Of a stretch of 64,000 bases of DNA, positions 20,105 through 29,990 are shown piece after piece (position 1 is the stretch's first letter; every line of letters starts with the position of its first letter). The DNA is from Nanobdellota archaeon (GTDB lineage: Archaea > Aenigmatarchaeota > Aenigmatarchaeia > QMZP01). The stretch spans positions 115,600-179,599 of the forward strand of contig JBDRJQ010000029.1 of the NCBI GenBank assembly GCA_043814765.1, in the 5' to 3' direction. The notes under the pieces were generated by a model. The model ran no database searches. It saw only the letters and a program-made list of their open reading frames with translations, and was not told the origin of the DNA. The position numbers and the translations under genes were made by a program.

Positions 20105-20956
20105 TTAAGCATTGACCCCCTTTCTTTCAACATACCATCTCAAAATTACACTGTTCTGCAACCACGTGTTTACAATGTCAATAACTAAGCCTATAAACAA
20201 AACCATTGCTATCTCTGTTAAAATTGGAGACACATTGAACAATATTATAACAACTAGCACCCCAAGTGTTGTGATTGTCATTGTGAGGCCAGTCTTCATG
20301 GCATTTTTCAGTTTTTCTATGAGTTCTCCGCCTGTTTTTAACAGCCTCGTAGTAAGCATGATGTCTGTATCAACAGAATATCCTATAAGCATCAGAAGTG
20401 CGGCCATTCCCGCCAAAGACAGCTCTATACCGAAAACCTGCATCAATGCCAGTGTAATAACAATATCAGATAGCGCGGCCAGTATAACTGCGATAGATGG
20501 TACACCTGTTTTGAATATAGCAAAAACAATTATTCCCATCATAACAAACGCTATTATTATTGCTAACTGCATCTGCTGCCAAAACGCTTCGCTAAGGGCA
20601 GGACCTATAGTAGCAATAGAAAACCCGGTTACGGAATAGGAATTTTTTATTTGGTTTAGCATTGCTTCAGAATCTACGTTCTCATCAGCTTCAACCAGTA
20701 TCTTATAGCCAGAAAAACTTCTTATCTCTCTAACTGATAGTTGTCCAAAATTTGATGATAACTCGGACTCTAGTGTGTCTATATCAATAGGAGCCTCAAT
20801 GGATACTGTTAATAATGTTCCTCCTTTGAGTTCAATAGATCTGGCAAACCATTCACCTGTTTGAAAATAACCGCCAACCAATATTATTACAGATACCGCT
20901 AGAAGCATTATAGGAACTGCAATAAACGGCTTGTAGTTTTTGAAAAAGATATTCAT
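20105..20956 (-). CDS. secF: Protein translocase subunit SecF
   Basis: SIELKGGT, IGPAL, ALLMLIGYSVDTDIMLT. Confidence 0.95.
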   Translation of the reverse strand: MNIFFKNYKPFIAVPIMLLAVSVIILVGGYFQTGEWFARSIELKGGTLLTVSIEAPIDIDTLESELSSNFGQLSVREIRSFSGYKILVEADENVDSEAMLNQIKNSYSVTGFSIATIGPALSEAFWQQMQLAIIIAFVMMGIIVFAIFKTGVPSIAVILAALSDIVITLALMQVFGIELSLAGMAALLMLIGYSVDTDIMLTTRLLKTGGELIEKLKNAMKTGLTMTITTLGVLVVIILFNVSPILTEIAMVLFIGLVIDIVNTWLQNSVILRWYVERKGVNA

Positions 20957-21031
20957 TTGGTATCGCCTTCTTTAATACAATATTATCAAGATGGTATAAA
21001 TGATTTAAATACGCTATGCTTATTCCTCTCT

Positions 21032-22078
21032 ATGCACGATGTAATTATTATTGGAGCAGGGCCAGCAGGGCTGTATACAGCCAAACTCTGCAAAGAAGCA
21101 GGAGTCAAGATTCTAGTGCTGGAGGAGCATGATAAAATAGGCGAACCAGACCATTGTTCAGGTTTAATATCAACAAACCTAAGGGATTTCATTGAGATAA
21201 AGAGTTCTTGGTTGGATCATGAGGTAAAAAGAGCCATAATCTATTCCGGAAGCGGTAAAAGTGTTGAGCTGAAAAAGCCTTCTACAGCTGCGTACGTTAT
21301 AAATCGCGCAAAATTTGATAAGCATCTTGCTGAAGGGCTAGAAGACGCTATAATGTTAAACACTCATGTAACAGGCATTGAAGTAAATAAGGATTTTGTT
21401 GAAGTAAAGACCAATAGAGAAAACTACAAATCTAAGATGATTATTGGAAGTGATGGCAGGAATTCTGTGGTAGCAAAACATTTTGGCACAAAACCGGCTG
21501 AATTGATTAAAGGTATAATCGCTATAACTAAAGAAAAAAACAGTGAAGATTCTGTTAAACTATGGTTTGATAAGAAAAATGCTGAAGATGGGTTTTTGTG
21601 GAAAATACCGCGCAAGGAAACCACTGAATACGGTATGATGGCATCTTCTGCTGATTTTGATAAGCTTGAAAAATTCTTTAAAATCAATTCGAGTTATGAC
21701 AAGAAAGGAGCGTTAATACCAATAGGGCCAGCAAAAACGTTTTTTGAAAGAGCACTTCTGATTGGGGATTCTGCTGGACATGTTAAGCCATGGAGCGGTG
21801 GTGGGGTTGTTTATGGTTTCACTTGTGCAAAAATAGCGATTAGTGTAATAAAAGAAGCTCTTAAGAAAAATGACTTCTCTGAAAAAGCCTTGAAAAGATA
21901 TGAGAATGAATGGAAAGAAGCCATAGGTAAAAACATAACAGCTGGTTTGATGTTCAGGGAGTTCTATAAAGACGCAAGCGAAAAGGACATAGAAAGTTTT
22001 TTTGAGTTTGTGCAAAAACTAGGAGATGTAAACAGTCTGAATATGGATTTTCCAATGCTAAGCGCTATAGAATTTTAA
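21032..22078 (+). CDS. Geranylgeranyl reductase family protein (candidate digeranylgeranylglycerophospholipid reductase)
   Basis: GAGPAG FAD fold, PDHC (PxxC) motif, FLWKIP, IGDSAGHVKPWSGGGV. Start set at ATG 21032. Confidence 0.85.
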   Translation: MHDVIIIGAGPAGLYTAKLCKEAGVKILVLEEHDKIGEPDHCSGLISTNLRDFIEIKSSWLDHEVKRAIIYSGSGKSVELKKPSTAAYVINRAKFDKHLAEGLEDAIMLNTHVTGIEVNKDFVEVKTNRENYKSKMIIGSDGRNSVVAKHFGTKPAELIKGIIAITKEKNSEDSVKLWFDKKNAEDGFLWKIPRKETTEYGMMASSADFDKLEKFFKINSSYDKKGALIPIGPAKTFFERALLIGDSAGHVKPWSGGGVVYGFTCAKIAISVIKEALKKNDFSEKALKRYENEWKEAIGKNITAGLMFREFYKDASEKDIESFFEFVQKLGDVNSLNMDFPMLSAIEF

Positions 22079-22479
22079 TCAACTATCGCAAACTTGAATC
22101 CGTAGTGTATCAAGCCGTCATTGTTGTCTTCTGTTATCTTTCTGAAAACTGATTTGACTCGTTTTCCTATTTTCACGTTTTCTATGTCACCGACAACTTG
22201 CCCTGATATGCTTGAGCCCTCGTCTAGTTTTATTATAGCCACTGCATAAGGAGCGTATTTTTCAAATCCATCCGGAGCAACTCTGATGACAGTGTAAGAA
22301 AATATCTCACCGTTTCCGCTAAATTTAAACTTTTCTGGTTTACCCTTTCGTCTGCAATAAGGACAGAGTATAACAGGCGGGAAAAATACACTGTTGCATG
22401 TAGTGCATTTTGTACCTGACATGCTGTATTTAGCATCCCTTAATCTCCAAAATAATGGAACAGATGATTTATATGGCAT
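22075..22479 (-). CDS. DUF35 Zn-ribbon/OB-fold scaffold protein of the thiolase-HMGS complex
   Basis: CTTC...FPP...CPYC plus an OB fold ending YGFKF. Third gene of the HMGS-thiolase operon. Confidence 0.92.
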   Translation of the reverse strand: MPYKSSVPLFWRLRDAKYSMSGTKCTTCNSVFFPPVILCPYCRRKGKPEKFKFSGNGEIFSYTVIRVAPDGFEKYAPYAVAIIKLDEGSSISGQVVGDIENVKIGKRVKSVFRKITEDNNDGLIHYGFKFAIVD

Positions 22480-22483
22480 GATA

Positions 22484-23644
22484 TCAAATCTCCTTGTCGA
22501 GTATATGTACTACAGCTGTTGCTCCACTGCCCCCAACATTCAAAGCTAAACCGGTTTTTGCGCCCTTAACCTGCAGCGGACCGTACTGCCCTCTAAGTTG
22601 TTTCATTATATCTATTATTTGTCTAATTCCAGTTGCGCCAACTGGGTGCCCTATAGACTTAAGACCGCCAGCAGTGTTGATTGGTTTTTCTCCGTTTATT
22701 GCTATTTTACCATTTTCAACAAACATTCCTCCCTTACCCTTTTCACAAAAACCAAGGTCTTCTATTGATATAATTTCGTTTATTGAAAAACAATCATGAA
22801 CTTCTACAACATCTATATTTTTTGCTTCAAGACCAGCTTCTTGGTATGCTTGTTTTGCAGCATATTTTGTAGCCAGCATTTCTGTCAGACTCTTTCTGTT
22901 ATGCAGAGCCAGTGTATCTGATGCTTGTCCAGAACCTTTAATCCAAATTGGATTCTCAAAACGTTTTGCAATCTCTTCTGATGCCAGAACAACAGCAGCC
23001 GCTCCATCAGTTATTGGCGAACAATCAAGCAACCTAAGAGGATCAGCAATCAATGGTGATTTCAAGACCTTTTCCACTGTTATTTCATAAGTATATTGAG
23101 CATTTGGATTAAGAGCTCCATTTTTGTGGTTATTCACGCTAACCATTGCCATCTGTTCTCTTGTGGTTCCAAACTCTTTCATATGCCTCTGGGCCATGAG
23201 CGCATAGAGCCCTGTAAAGGTTAAACCAACACTGCTTTCCCATTCCTGGTCACCCGCGCCCATAAGCGTAGACAAAGCTGCTGTTCCTTTTACATCTGTC
23301 ATTTTTTCTGCGCCAGCAGCTATAACAATATCATACTTGCCACTCTGTATTGAGAGCAGTGCTTGCCTAAATGCCAATGCGCCTGATGCACAGGCTGCTT
23401 CTACTCTCGTTGAAGGTATGGGTATAAGGCCTGATTCGTCTGCAGCAAGAGCTGCAAGATGTTCTTGACCTATGAAATGCCCAGAAGACATATTGCCCAC
23501 AAACATGGCTTGGATGTCTTTTCCCTCTACTTTTGCATCTTCCAGTGCCAATATGCCAGCTTCTGTGGAGAGCTGTCTGAGCGACTTACTCCAATGCTCA
23601 TCAAACTTTGTGTATCCTCCACCAATAACAGCAACTTTTCTCAT
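22484..23644 (-). CDS. Acetoacetyl-CoA thiolase (archaeal type)
   Basis: EAACASG, EVHDCF, GHPVGATG, NVGGSG. Confidence 0.93.
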   Translation of the reverse strand: MRKVAVIGGGYTKFDEHWSKSLRQLSTEAGILALEDAKVEGKDIQAMFVGNMSSGHFIGQEHLAALAADESGLIPIPSTRVEAACASGALAFRQALLSIQSGKYDIVIAAGAEKMTDVKGTAALSTLMGAGDQEWESSVGLTFTGLYALMAQRHMKEFGTTREQMAMVSVNNHKNGALNPNAQYTYEITVEKVLKSPLIADPLRLLDCSPITDGAAAVVLASEEIAKRFENPIWIKGSGQASDTLALHNRKSLTEMLATKYAAKQAYQEAGLEAKNIDVVEVHDCFSINEIISIEDLGFCEKGKGGMFVENGKIAINGEKPINTAGGLKSIGHPVGATGIRQIIDIMKQLRGQYGPLQVKGAKTGLALNVGGSGATAVVHILDKEI

Positions 23645-23654
23645 ATCAAATTTC

Positions 23655-24692
23655 CTAGAGTTTTAATTTTCCTCTTAGTTTTGCATAGGTTCCGTAATCT
23701 ATATTGTGTTTGTTTTTAAGATAGTACTCTGTTTTAGGAGCATTATCTCTTCTCTCTAATATTTTATCTGTAACCATGAATGAAAACGAATCCGAACCTG
23801 CCCCAGAACCGTATGAAGTAACAAGAATTCTGCTTCCTGGTTTTGCTACATCCAAAACAGTAGACAATCCAACAGGACTAGCTCCTGAATAACAATTGCC
23901 CATTCTTTTAACAACAAGTCCTTGCTCAAGCTTTTCTAAAGGAAATCCTAAATCTTTGCAAACAGTTGTTGGGAATTTACCATTAGGCATGTGAAACACA
24001 ACATAATCGAAATCATCCTGTTTTAATGAAAGCTTTTCCAAAAGGCCTTTTGTTGCAGATATTACATGATTAAAATAAGCTGGTTTTCCGGTAAACCTTG
24101 CACCGTGTTCAGGATATTGTTGGCCTTCTCTGCGCCAGAAATCGCTTGTATCACTGGTGTAAGAATACATGCCTTCAATTTTAGCTGCAGGATCTTTGCC
24201 TATAATAAACGCGGCTCCTCCTGCTGCTGCAGTATATTCCAGAGCATCTCCTGGCTTTCCTTGAGCAGTATCTGCTCCTATGGCAATACCATACTCTATT
24301 TCGCCTGCTTTTACAAGACCGTAACAGCACTGAATTGCTGCTGTTCCTGCCTTGCAGGCGAATTCAAAATCAGCCATCATAAGGTTGGTTGAAAGTCCGA
24401 GTGTTTGAGCAACAACTGTTCCGCTAGGCTTAACAGCGTAAGGATGGCTCTCAGACCCTATATATAATGCACCAATCTTAGCTGGATCGATGCCTGCGCG
24501 CAGTAGCGCATTGCGTGCGGCTTCTACGCTTATTGTTATGGTGTCCTCGTCCATAGCAGGCACGCTCTTTTCATCTACGAGCAGACCTTTTCTTAGTGCC
24601 TGAGCGTCCTGTCCCCATACCTTTGCTATTTCATCTATAGTTATCCTGTATCTGGGAACGTATGCACCATAACCTACAATACCAATATCCAT
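23655..24692 (-). CDS. Hydroxymethylglutaryl-CoA synthase
   Basis: [42 protein letters not shown]. Confidence 0.95.
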   Translation of the reverse strand: MDIGIVGYGAYVPRYRITIDEIAKVWGQDAQALRKGLLVDEKSVPAMDEDTITISVEAARNALLRAGIDPAKIGALYIGSESHPYAVKPSGTVVAQTLGLSTNLMMADFEFACKAGTAAIQCCYGLVKAGEIEYGIAIGADTAQGKPGDALEYTAAAGGAAFIIGKDPAAKIEGMYSYTSDTSDFWRREGQQYPEHGARFTGKPAYFNHVISATKGLLEKLSLKQDDFDYVVFHMPNGKFPTTVCKDLGFPLEKLEQGLVVKRMGNCYSGASPVGLSTVLDVAKPGSRILVTSYGSGAGSDSFSFMVTDKILERRDNAPKTEYYLKNKHNIDYGTYAKLRGKLKL

Positions 24693-24763
24693 ACTCAATT
24701 ACCTGTCCACTCCATTAAAAACGATTTAGATACACATTATTGAACATAAACCTTTTAAATTAA

Positions 24764-24857
24764 ACCTTTTAGAGCTTTCGCTTCTACAAAAGGTCTTGTC
24801 TCTTCTCACATGAAATGACGAGGGACAATCTCCAATTCTATGCACTGTAAGATTGGA
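24764..24857. ncRNA. Candidate structured RNA (three adjacent hairpins), family unknown
   Basis: ACCTTTT..AAAAGGT, TTGTCTCTT..GAGGGACAA and TCCAAT..ATTGGA stems packed end to end in an intergenic gap. Confidence 0.35.
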
Positions 24858-24947
24858 TTTAATCCAAAACTATTTAAACCTTGAAAACATGCTTCGACAA
24901 TCATAATTGAGGTATTTAAATTTATTAACCAACTACAAAGAGATATC

Positions 24948-26021
24948 ATGGAACGCATACGAATATCAAAGCCCTTTATGGGAGAAGAGGAAATAAACGC
25001 TATTAGGAATGTTCTTTTATCAGGAAATTTGGTGCAGGGTGAAAAGGTAAGAGAGTTTGAAGAAGCTGTTTCAAATTACATTGGTGTAGAGCATGCCATA
25101 GCAACATCTTCAGGCACAACAGCTCTGCATCTTGCAGTAGAATCTTTGGGCATAGGCCCAGAGGATGAAGTTATAACAACACCGTTTACGTTTATAGCAA
25201 GTACTAATTGTATACTCTACAATAATGCAAAACCTGTTTTTGTTGATATTGATCCGAAAACTTTCAATATTGATCCTGGAAAAATAGAGGAAAAAATAAC
25301 AGATAAAACCAAGGCCGTTCTAATTGTTCATCTGTATGGTCAGCCATGTGAAATGGAAAGGATAAAGGAAATATGCAACAAACACAATCTTAAATTAATA
25401 GAAGACTGCGCGCAGGCAATTGGTGCAGAATATAAAAATCAAAAGGTTGGAACTTTTGGCGACGTGTCTGCTCTTTCCTTTTACGCAACCAAAAACATAA
25501 CAACAGGTGAAGGAGGAATGCTTTTAACAAACAGCGTTTCGCTTGCAGAGCCTTCAAGGCTCAGAAGACAGCACGGTCAGAAAAGAATATACGAATATGA
25601 GATTCTTGGTTATAATTACAGAATGACTGACATGCAGGCTGCTATTGGAATCGAACAGATGAAAAAAATAGAAAGATTAAACAGCAAACGAATTGAAAAC
25701 GCAAACAGTATGTCTAGGCTTCTATCTGATACTGAAGGCATTGTACTTCCTTCAGTAACAAATGATACAAAACATGTTTTTCATCAATATACAATTCGTG
25801 TTCTCAACAACAAGAGAGACGGCCTAAAAGAATATCTGAATGGTAAAAATATTGAAGCCATGGTTTACTATCCGCAAACAATTTATCAAAAAGGCACTGA
25901 AAACTGCCCTGAAGCAGAAAGAGCAGCAAAAGAAGTTTTATCCTTGCCCATACATCCTTTTTTGAAGAGAGATGATATTGAAACAATAACTGAAGAAATT
26001 AAAAATGGTTTGAAATTATAA
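24948..26021 (+). CDS. DegT/DnrJ/EryC1/StrS aminotransferase (WbpE-like)
   Basis: SSGTTALH, EDCAQAIG, SFYATKNITTGEGG, GYNYRM. Confidence 0.92.
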   Translation: MERIRISKPFMGEEEINAIRNVLLSGNLVQGEKVREFEEAVSNYIGVEHAIATSSGTTALHLAVESLGIGPEDEVITTPFTFIASTNCILYNNAKPVFVDIDPKTFNIDPGKIEEKITDKTKAVLIVHLYGQPCEMERIKEICNKHNLKLIEDCAQAIGAEYKNQKVGTFGDVSALSFYATKNITTGEGGMLLTNSVSLAEPSRLRRQHGQKRIYEYEILGYNYRMTDMQAAIGIEQMKKIERLNSKRIENANSMSRLLSDTEGIVLPSVTNDTKHVFHQYTIRVLNNKRDGLKEYLNGKNIEAMVYYPQTIYQKGTENCPEAERAAKEVLSLPIHPFLKRDDIETITEEIKNGLKL

Positions 26022-26026
26022 CGGTG

Positions 26027-26548
26027 TTATTTATTACAGTCATCGCATAACATTGCTTCTGTTTTTTCCATCTTCTTTCCGCACTTGCAAACATATCCCA
26101 TTATTTTTGCTGGATTGCCATAAACTAAAGCGTGTGATGGAACATCTTTGGTTACAACAGAAGACGCGCCTATCATTGCATATTCTCCGATTGTAATTCC
26201 TGGTATAAGTGTTGAGTTGGCACCGACAGAAGCGCCTTTCTTAATATAAGTTCTGCCGCCTTTCCTGTTATCGTTCCATACGAACGCTCTTGGATAAGGG
26301 TCATTTGTTACAATTACTCCAGGCCCCAACTGCGTGTCATCCTCTAGCTCTGCGTTGTAAACACAAACATTGTTTTGTATCTTAACATTTGAACCGACAA
26401 CAACATCCGGATCAATGTATACGTTTTTCCCTATAATGCAATTAGAGCCTATTTTAGCGCCGTCTCTAACATGTGCATGATGCCAGATTTTTGTGCCTTC
26501 GCCTATACTTTTTGACTCTACAATAGCTGTCGGATGTATTGTTATCAT
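26027..26548 (-). CDS. Hexapeptide-repeat N-acetyltransferase (WbpD-like)
   Basis: IGEGTKIWH, VKIQNNV, TNDPYPR, GNPAK, C-terminal CKCG. Confidence 0.9.
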   Translation of the reverse strand: MITIHPTAIVESKSIGEGTKIWHHAHVRDGAKIGSNCIIGKNVYIDPDVVVGSNVKIQNNVCVYNAELEDDTQLGPGVIVTNDPYPRAFVWNDNRKGGRTYIKKGASVGANSTLIPGITIGEYAMIGASSVVTKDVPSHALVYGNPAKIMGYVCKCGKKMEKTEAMLCDDCNK

Positions 26549-27525
26549 AAATCAACCTCTCTGTCATTGCACATTTTTGTTGCCTTTAAAGCTATATCAA
26601 GAGCTGTGAGACCGTCCTCCCCTGTTACTAGCGGTGTTTTATCATTTTTTATGCAATCCAAAAAATGCTCTATTTCCAGTTTAAGAGGTTCCTCGCCCTC
26701 TAGTGTTATTTTCATTACCTGTGGTTTGGCGAATTCAACAACATCATGGAAATCGTCTATGTTTTTCTTCAGTTTGGTCTTGTATATGATAAGTTCCTGT
26801 GTAATGTAATTAGCTTCTGCATAACCGTTTGTTCCTGTTACAGCTATGTTTCGTATTTTTACAGGTGTTATCCAGTTAGCCTGTATCAAAACATTGGTTT
26901 TTCCAAACTTCATGAATATGTCTGCATAATCTTCTCTCTTATCAATTAGCGCTCTACCCCCGCTCGCATAAATATCATCGGGTTTCTTGTTTAGAAGGTA
27001 ACTGGCTATGTCAATATCATGAACTGCAAGATCTATGATAACATTGGCGTCTGATATCTGTGGCGGGAAAACACCAACCCTTTTTGCTATTATGCTTGTA
27101 ATATCCCCAAGCTCCTTTCTGTCCATAATCTCCTTTAGTTTCTGTATAACTGGATTGAATCTCTCTATATGGCCAACTAAAAGTTTTACGTTCTTGCTCT
27201 TGGCTGCTTCTATCATAACTTTAGCATCTTCTATGTTTCTTGCAATTGGCTTTTCAACAAGCACGTGTTTTCCTTTTTCTACACAGTGAAGACAAACTTC
27301 TTTATGCAGCCTTGTCGGAACAGCTATAGAAACAGCGTCTATATCCTCATTGTCCAGCATCTCTTTGTAATCATTATAGAATTTGCAACCAAGTTTTTCT
27401 GCAATCTCTCTTCCTTTCTTTTCGTCAATGTCAGAAATAGCAACCAATTCACTATCAAGTTCTGAATAAACCCTTGCATGGTGTTTGCCAATATTTCCTA
27501 TTCCTATAACAGCAGCTTTTATCAT
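26545..27525 (-). CDS. Gfo/Idh/MocA oxidoreductase (WbpB-like UDP-GlcNAcA 3-dehydrogenase)
   Basis: GIGNIG, EKP, GHIERFNP, DLAVHDID. Confidence 0.88.
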   Translation of the reverse strand: MIKAAVIGIGNIGKHHARVYSELDSELVAISDIDEKKGREIAEKLGCKFYNDYKEMLDNEDIDAVSIAVPTRLHKEVCLHCVEKGKHVLVEKPIARNIEDAKVMIEAAKSKNVKLLVGHIERFNPVIQKLKEIMDRKELGDITSIIAKRVGVFPPQISDANVIIDLAVHDIDIASYLLNKKPDDIYASGGRALIDKREDYADIFMKFGKTNVLIQANWITPVKIRNIAVTGTNGYAEANYITQELIIYKTKLKKNIDDFHDVVEFAKPQVMKITLEGEEPLKLEIEHFLDCIKNDKTPLVTGEDGLTALDIALKATKMCNDREVDL

Positions 27526-27540
27526 ATTTTCTCCGCACAA

Positions 27541-28146
27541 CTATTTGAATATGAATCTATGAATTTTGTAAGCTTCACCAAACTCAACATTCATCTGTTT
27601 TCCGCGCACCTTTGCTAGTGATTTTATTGCTTCTGGATCATAGTAGTATCTTCTGTATTGTGTTTTGTAGTGCTTCAACACCTCAAGTTTTTTATCAAAT
27701 TCCTCTGGCGTGAGAGCAACTATCAGATTAGGCGTAAAATGTTCGACGCTTTTAATGTCTTCATACATGAGAACAGAGGCGTTTCTAAACACCCTTAAGC
27801 ACTCTTCTGACACTATTCTGTGGTCTTGATGAAGGGTATTGATATCATGAGTGACAACAATGTCAGGGTTGAAGTTTTCTTTTTCTTCCTCTAAAACGCG
27901 TCGTATTTCACTAGCTTTTTCAGGAAGTTTTGTGTTTGGAAAGTCGAGAAGTTTTGGATCCTTTATGCCAAGAGCAGACATTGCATCATAAAACTCCTTG
28001 CTTACTCCGTCATTGCCTTCTTGCTCTTCGCAGTTTGAGAATACGAGAACTCTGCAGTTATCCCTTTTTAACATTTTCATGATTAATCCTGAGGCCCCCA
28101 TTTCTATATCATCTACGTGAGCGCCAACAAAGAGTATGTTCTTCAT
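27541..28146 (-). CDS. PIG-L/LmbE-family N-acetylsugar deacetylase
   Basis: GAHVDDIE and HQDH motifs. Confidence 0.88.
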   Translation of the reverse strand: MKNILFVGAHVDDIEMGASGLIMKMLKRDNCRVLVFSNCEEQEGNDGVSKEFYDAMSALGIKDPKLLDFPNTKLPEKASEIRRVLEEEKENFNPDIVVTHDINTLHQDHRIVSEECLRVFRNASVLMYEDIKSVEHFTPNLIVALTPEEFDKKLEVLKHYKTQYRRYYYDPEAIKSLAKVRGKQMNVEFGEAYKIHRFIFK

Positions 28147-28240
28147 ATAATATCACTTCTATATCATGTCTATTGCTAAAACTTATAAATGCTTAATTTA
28201 AGTGTTTTTATATTTTAATCAAATACTATTGAATGATTTT

Positions 28241-29320
28241 ATGGAAAAACTAAAGATTCTCACGACTGGAGGAGGAGCGCCTGGAGCTAGAGGAATATTC
28301 AAAAGCTTCAGAATGGGTGCTAAAGAAGAGGGTCGGGAACTTGAAATAATAACATCTGACGCAGATGATCAGTCTTATGGGTTTCATCTAGCAGACAAGC
28401 ACTATGTCATACCATCTGGCAAGTCTCCTGATTTTATTGAAAAACTACTGGAAATATGCGAAAAGGAAAGGCCTCAATTATTATATTCTTGGGTAACACC
28501 TGAACTAGTTCCTTTGGCTGAAAACAAAAATAGATTTGAAGCTTTAGGGACAAGGGTTGTTCTCTCAGATGTAGAAGCTATAAGAACTGCTCAGAACAAG
28601 AGACTGTGCTATGAAACTATACGTGAATTTGGTTACGCTCCTGAATTTAGGTTTACAAACACCATCGAAGGCATAGAAAAAGCGGCAATAGAACTGGGTT
28701 ATCCTAGCAAGCCTGTTTGCTACAAGCCTGAAGTGGCTCATGGCATGCGTGGTTTCAGGATAATGAAGCCAGGAACCAACAGAGCAGAAATGTTGTTTAA
28801 TGAAAAACCGATGAGTGTATTTACAACTCTAGAAGAGACAAAGGAGATTCTAAAAGATTATGAATTACCAAACATGCTGGTTATGGAATATCTCAGCGGT
28901 GCAAACGAAAAGGAATACAGTCTGGATATGCTTCTAGATGATAAGGGTCCTGTTGTTACAATACCTCGCGTTAGAACAAAAACAAAACAAGGCATATCGT
29001 ATATAGCTGACGTAGAAAAGAATGAGGAATTAATTGAAGCTGCAGAAAAAATCGCCAAAAAGATTGGACTCAAATACAGTATAAACATGCAATTCCGTTT
29101 TTCTGGAGAAGGTAAACCAAAACTAATAGAAATTAATCCACGGCTTTCAGGAACTATTATAGCATGTGTGGGTGCAGGTGCAAACCTGCCATGGCTCTCT
29201 GCAAAAATAGCATTAGGCGAACCTGTACAAAAACCGGAAGTTCGTTGGGGAACAACAATGAAGCGTTTCTGGGAAGAGATTTACACAGACGGGAATGAGA
29301 AGTGGTTTCTAGGGATTTAA
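28241..29320 (+). CDS. ATP-grasp family protein (carbamoyl-phosphate-synthase-like)
   Basis: KP..AHGMRGF, MEYL, EYSLD, IEINPR. Confidence 0.85.
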   Translation: MEKLKILTTGGGAPGARGIFKSFRMGAKEEGRELEIITSDADDQSYGFHLADKHYVIPSGKSPDFIEKLLEICEKERPQLLYSWVTPELVPLAENKNRFEALGTRVVLSDVEAIRTAQNKRLCYETIREFGYAPEFRFTNTIEGIEKAAIELGYPSKPVCYKPEVAHGMRGFRIMKPGTNRAEMLFNEKPMSVFTTLEETKEILKDYELPNMLVMEYLSGANEKEYSLDMLLDDKGPVVTIPRVRTKTKQGISYIADVEKNEELIEAAEKIAKKIGLKYSINMQFRFSGEGKPKLIEINPRLSGTIIACVGAGANLPWLSAKIALGEPVQKPEVRWGTTMKRFWEEIYTDGNEKWFLGI

Positions 29321-29955
29321 ATCTCATCAACATTATGTGCGTCATAACCCTTGAAGATAGTAGCGCCTTGTAACTTTGCGACAGCTATGAAGTCTTCTGG
29401 TGTCTGGTAGCGGACACTGTTTTCGATGAGAACATTGTTTTTTGCTGCGAGGGCCATTATAGATTTTAATTCATCTACGGAAAGGTGCATTGTGTCTGAT
29501 GGTATCATGAAACCAGTAGGCATGATCTTTGCTGGAATGAAATGTGGATGCGCCCACGCATCTACGTTTGGGTTTTGAAGCATGTTCATCACAGCTTTTA
29601 GATAATCAGCATGTGTTTGTATGGGTCTATGGAAAGCAGCAAAAACTACTTCGCATTTTTTCAGAACTTCTTCGGAAATGTCAAGTGTTCCTTTTTCATC
29701 TAGAACACCTGCTTCGCACCCAGCTATGATTTTTATATCAAATTTGTCTCTTGCTTTGGATATGTCTGCTAGGAAATTATCAAAATTATATGTCAGTTCT
29801 TTTCTCACATGTTCTGTAAAGGCTATTGAACTGAATCCTTTATCCTGCGCCTTCTGGCAGAATTCAAAGACAGAGTTTTTGCCGTCAGTGTAATTTGTGT
29901 GAACATGCCATAGTCCTGTTTCAAGATGCTCTTTATATCTTTCCCATTTCTTCAT
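29317..29955 (-). CDS. PHP-domain phosphoesterase
   Basis: HVHTNYTDG, TEH, AHP, DAH. Confidence 0.88.
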   Translation of the reverse strand: MKKWERYKEHLETGLWHVHTNYTDGKNSVFEFCQKAQDKGFSSIAFTEHVRKELTYNFDNFLADISKARDKFDIKIIAGCEAGVLDEKGTLDISEEVLKKCEVVFAAFHRPIQTHADYLKAVMNMLQNPNVDAWAHPHFIPAKIMPTGFMIPSDTMHLSVDELKSIMALAAKNNVLIENSVRYQTPEDFIAVAKLQGATIFKGYDAHNVDEI

Positions 29956-29990
29956 GTTAGATTTTTAACTATTCCTTATTAATATGTAAC

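Noticed and set aside
24803..24814. Isolated ORB-like match (CACATGAAATGA) in the hairpin element
   Set aside because: It is a single imperfect copy far from cdc6 and lies in a hairpin loop, so it is probably chance.
24764..24867. 5S rRNA, hammerhead ribozyme or C/D box RNA
   Set aside because: I found no 5S loop C or terminal helix, no CUGAUGA core and no box C/D pair on either strand.
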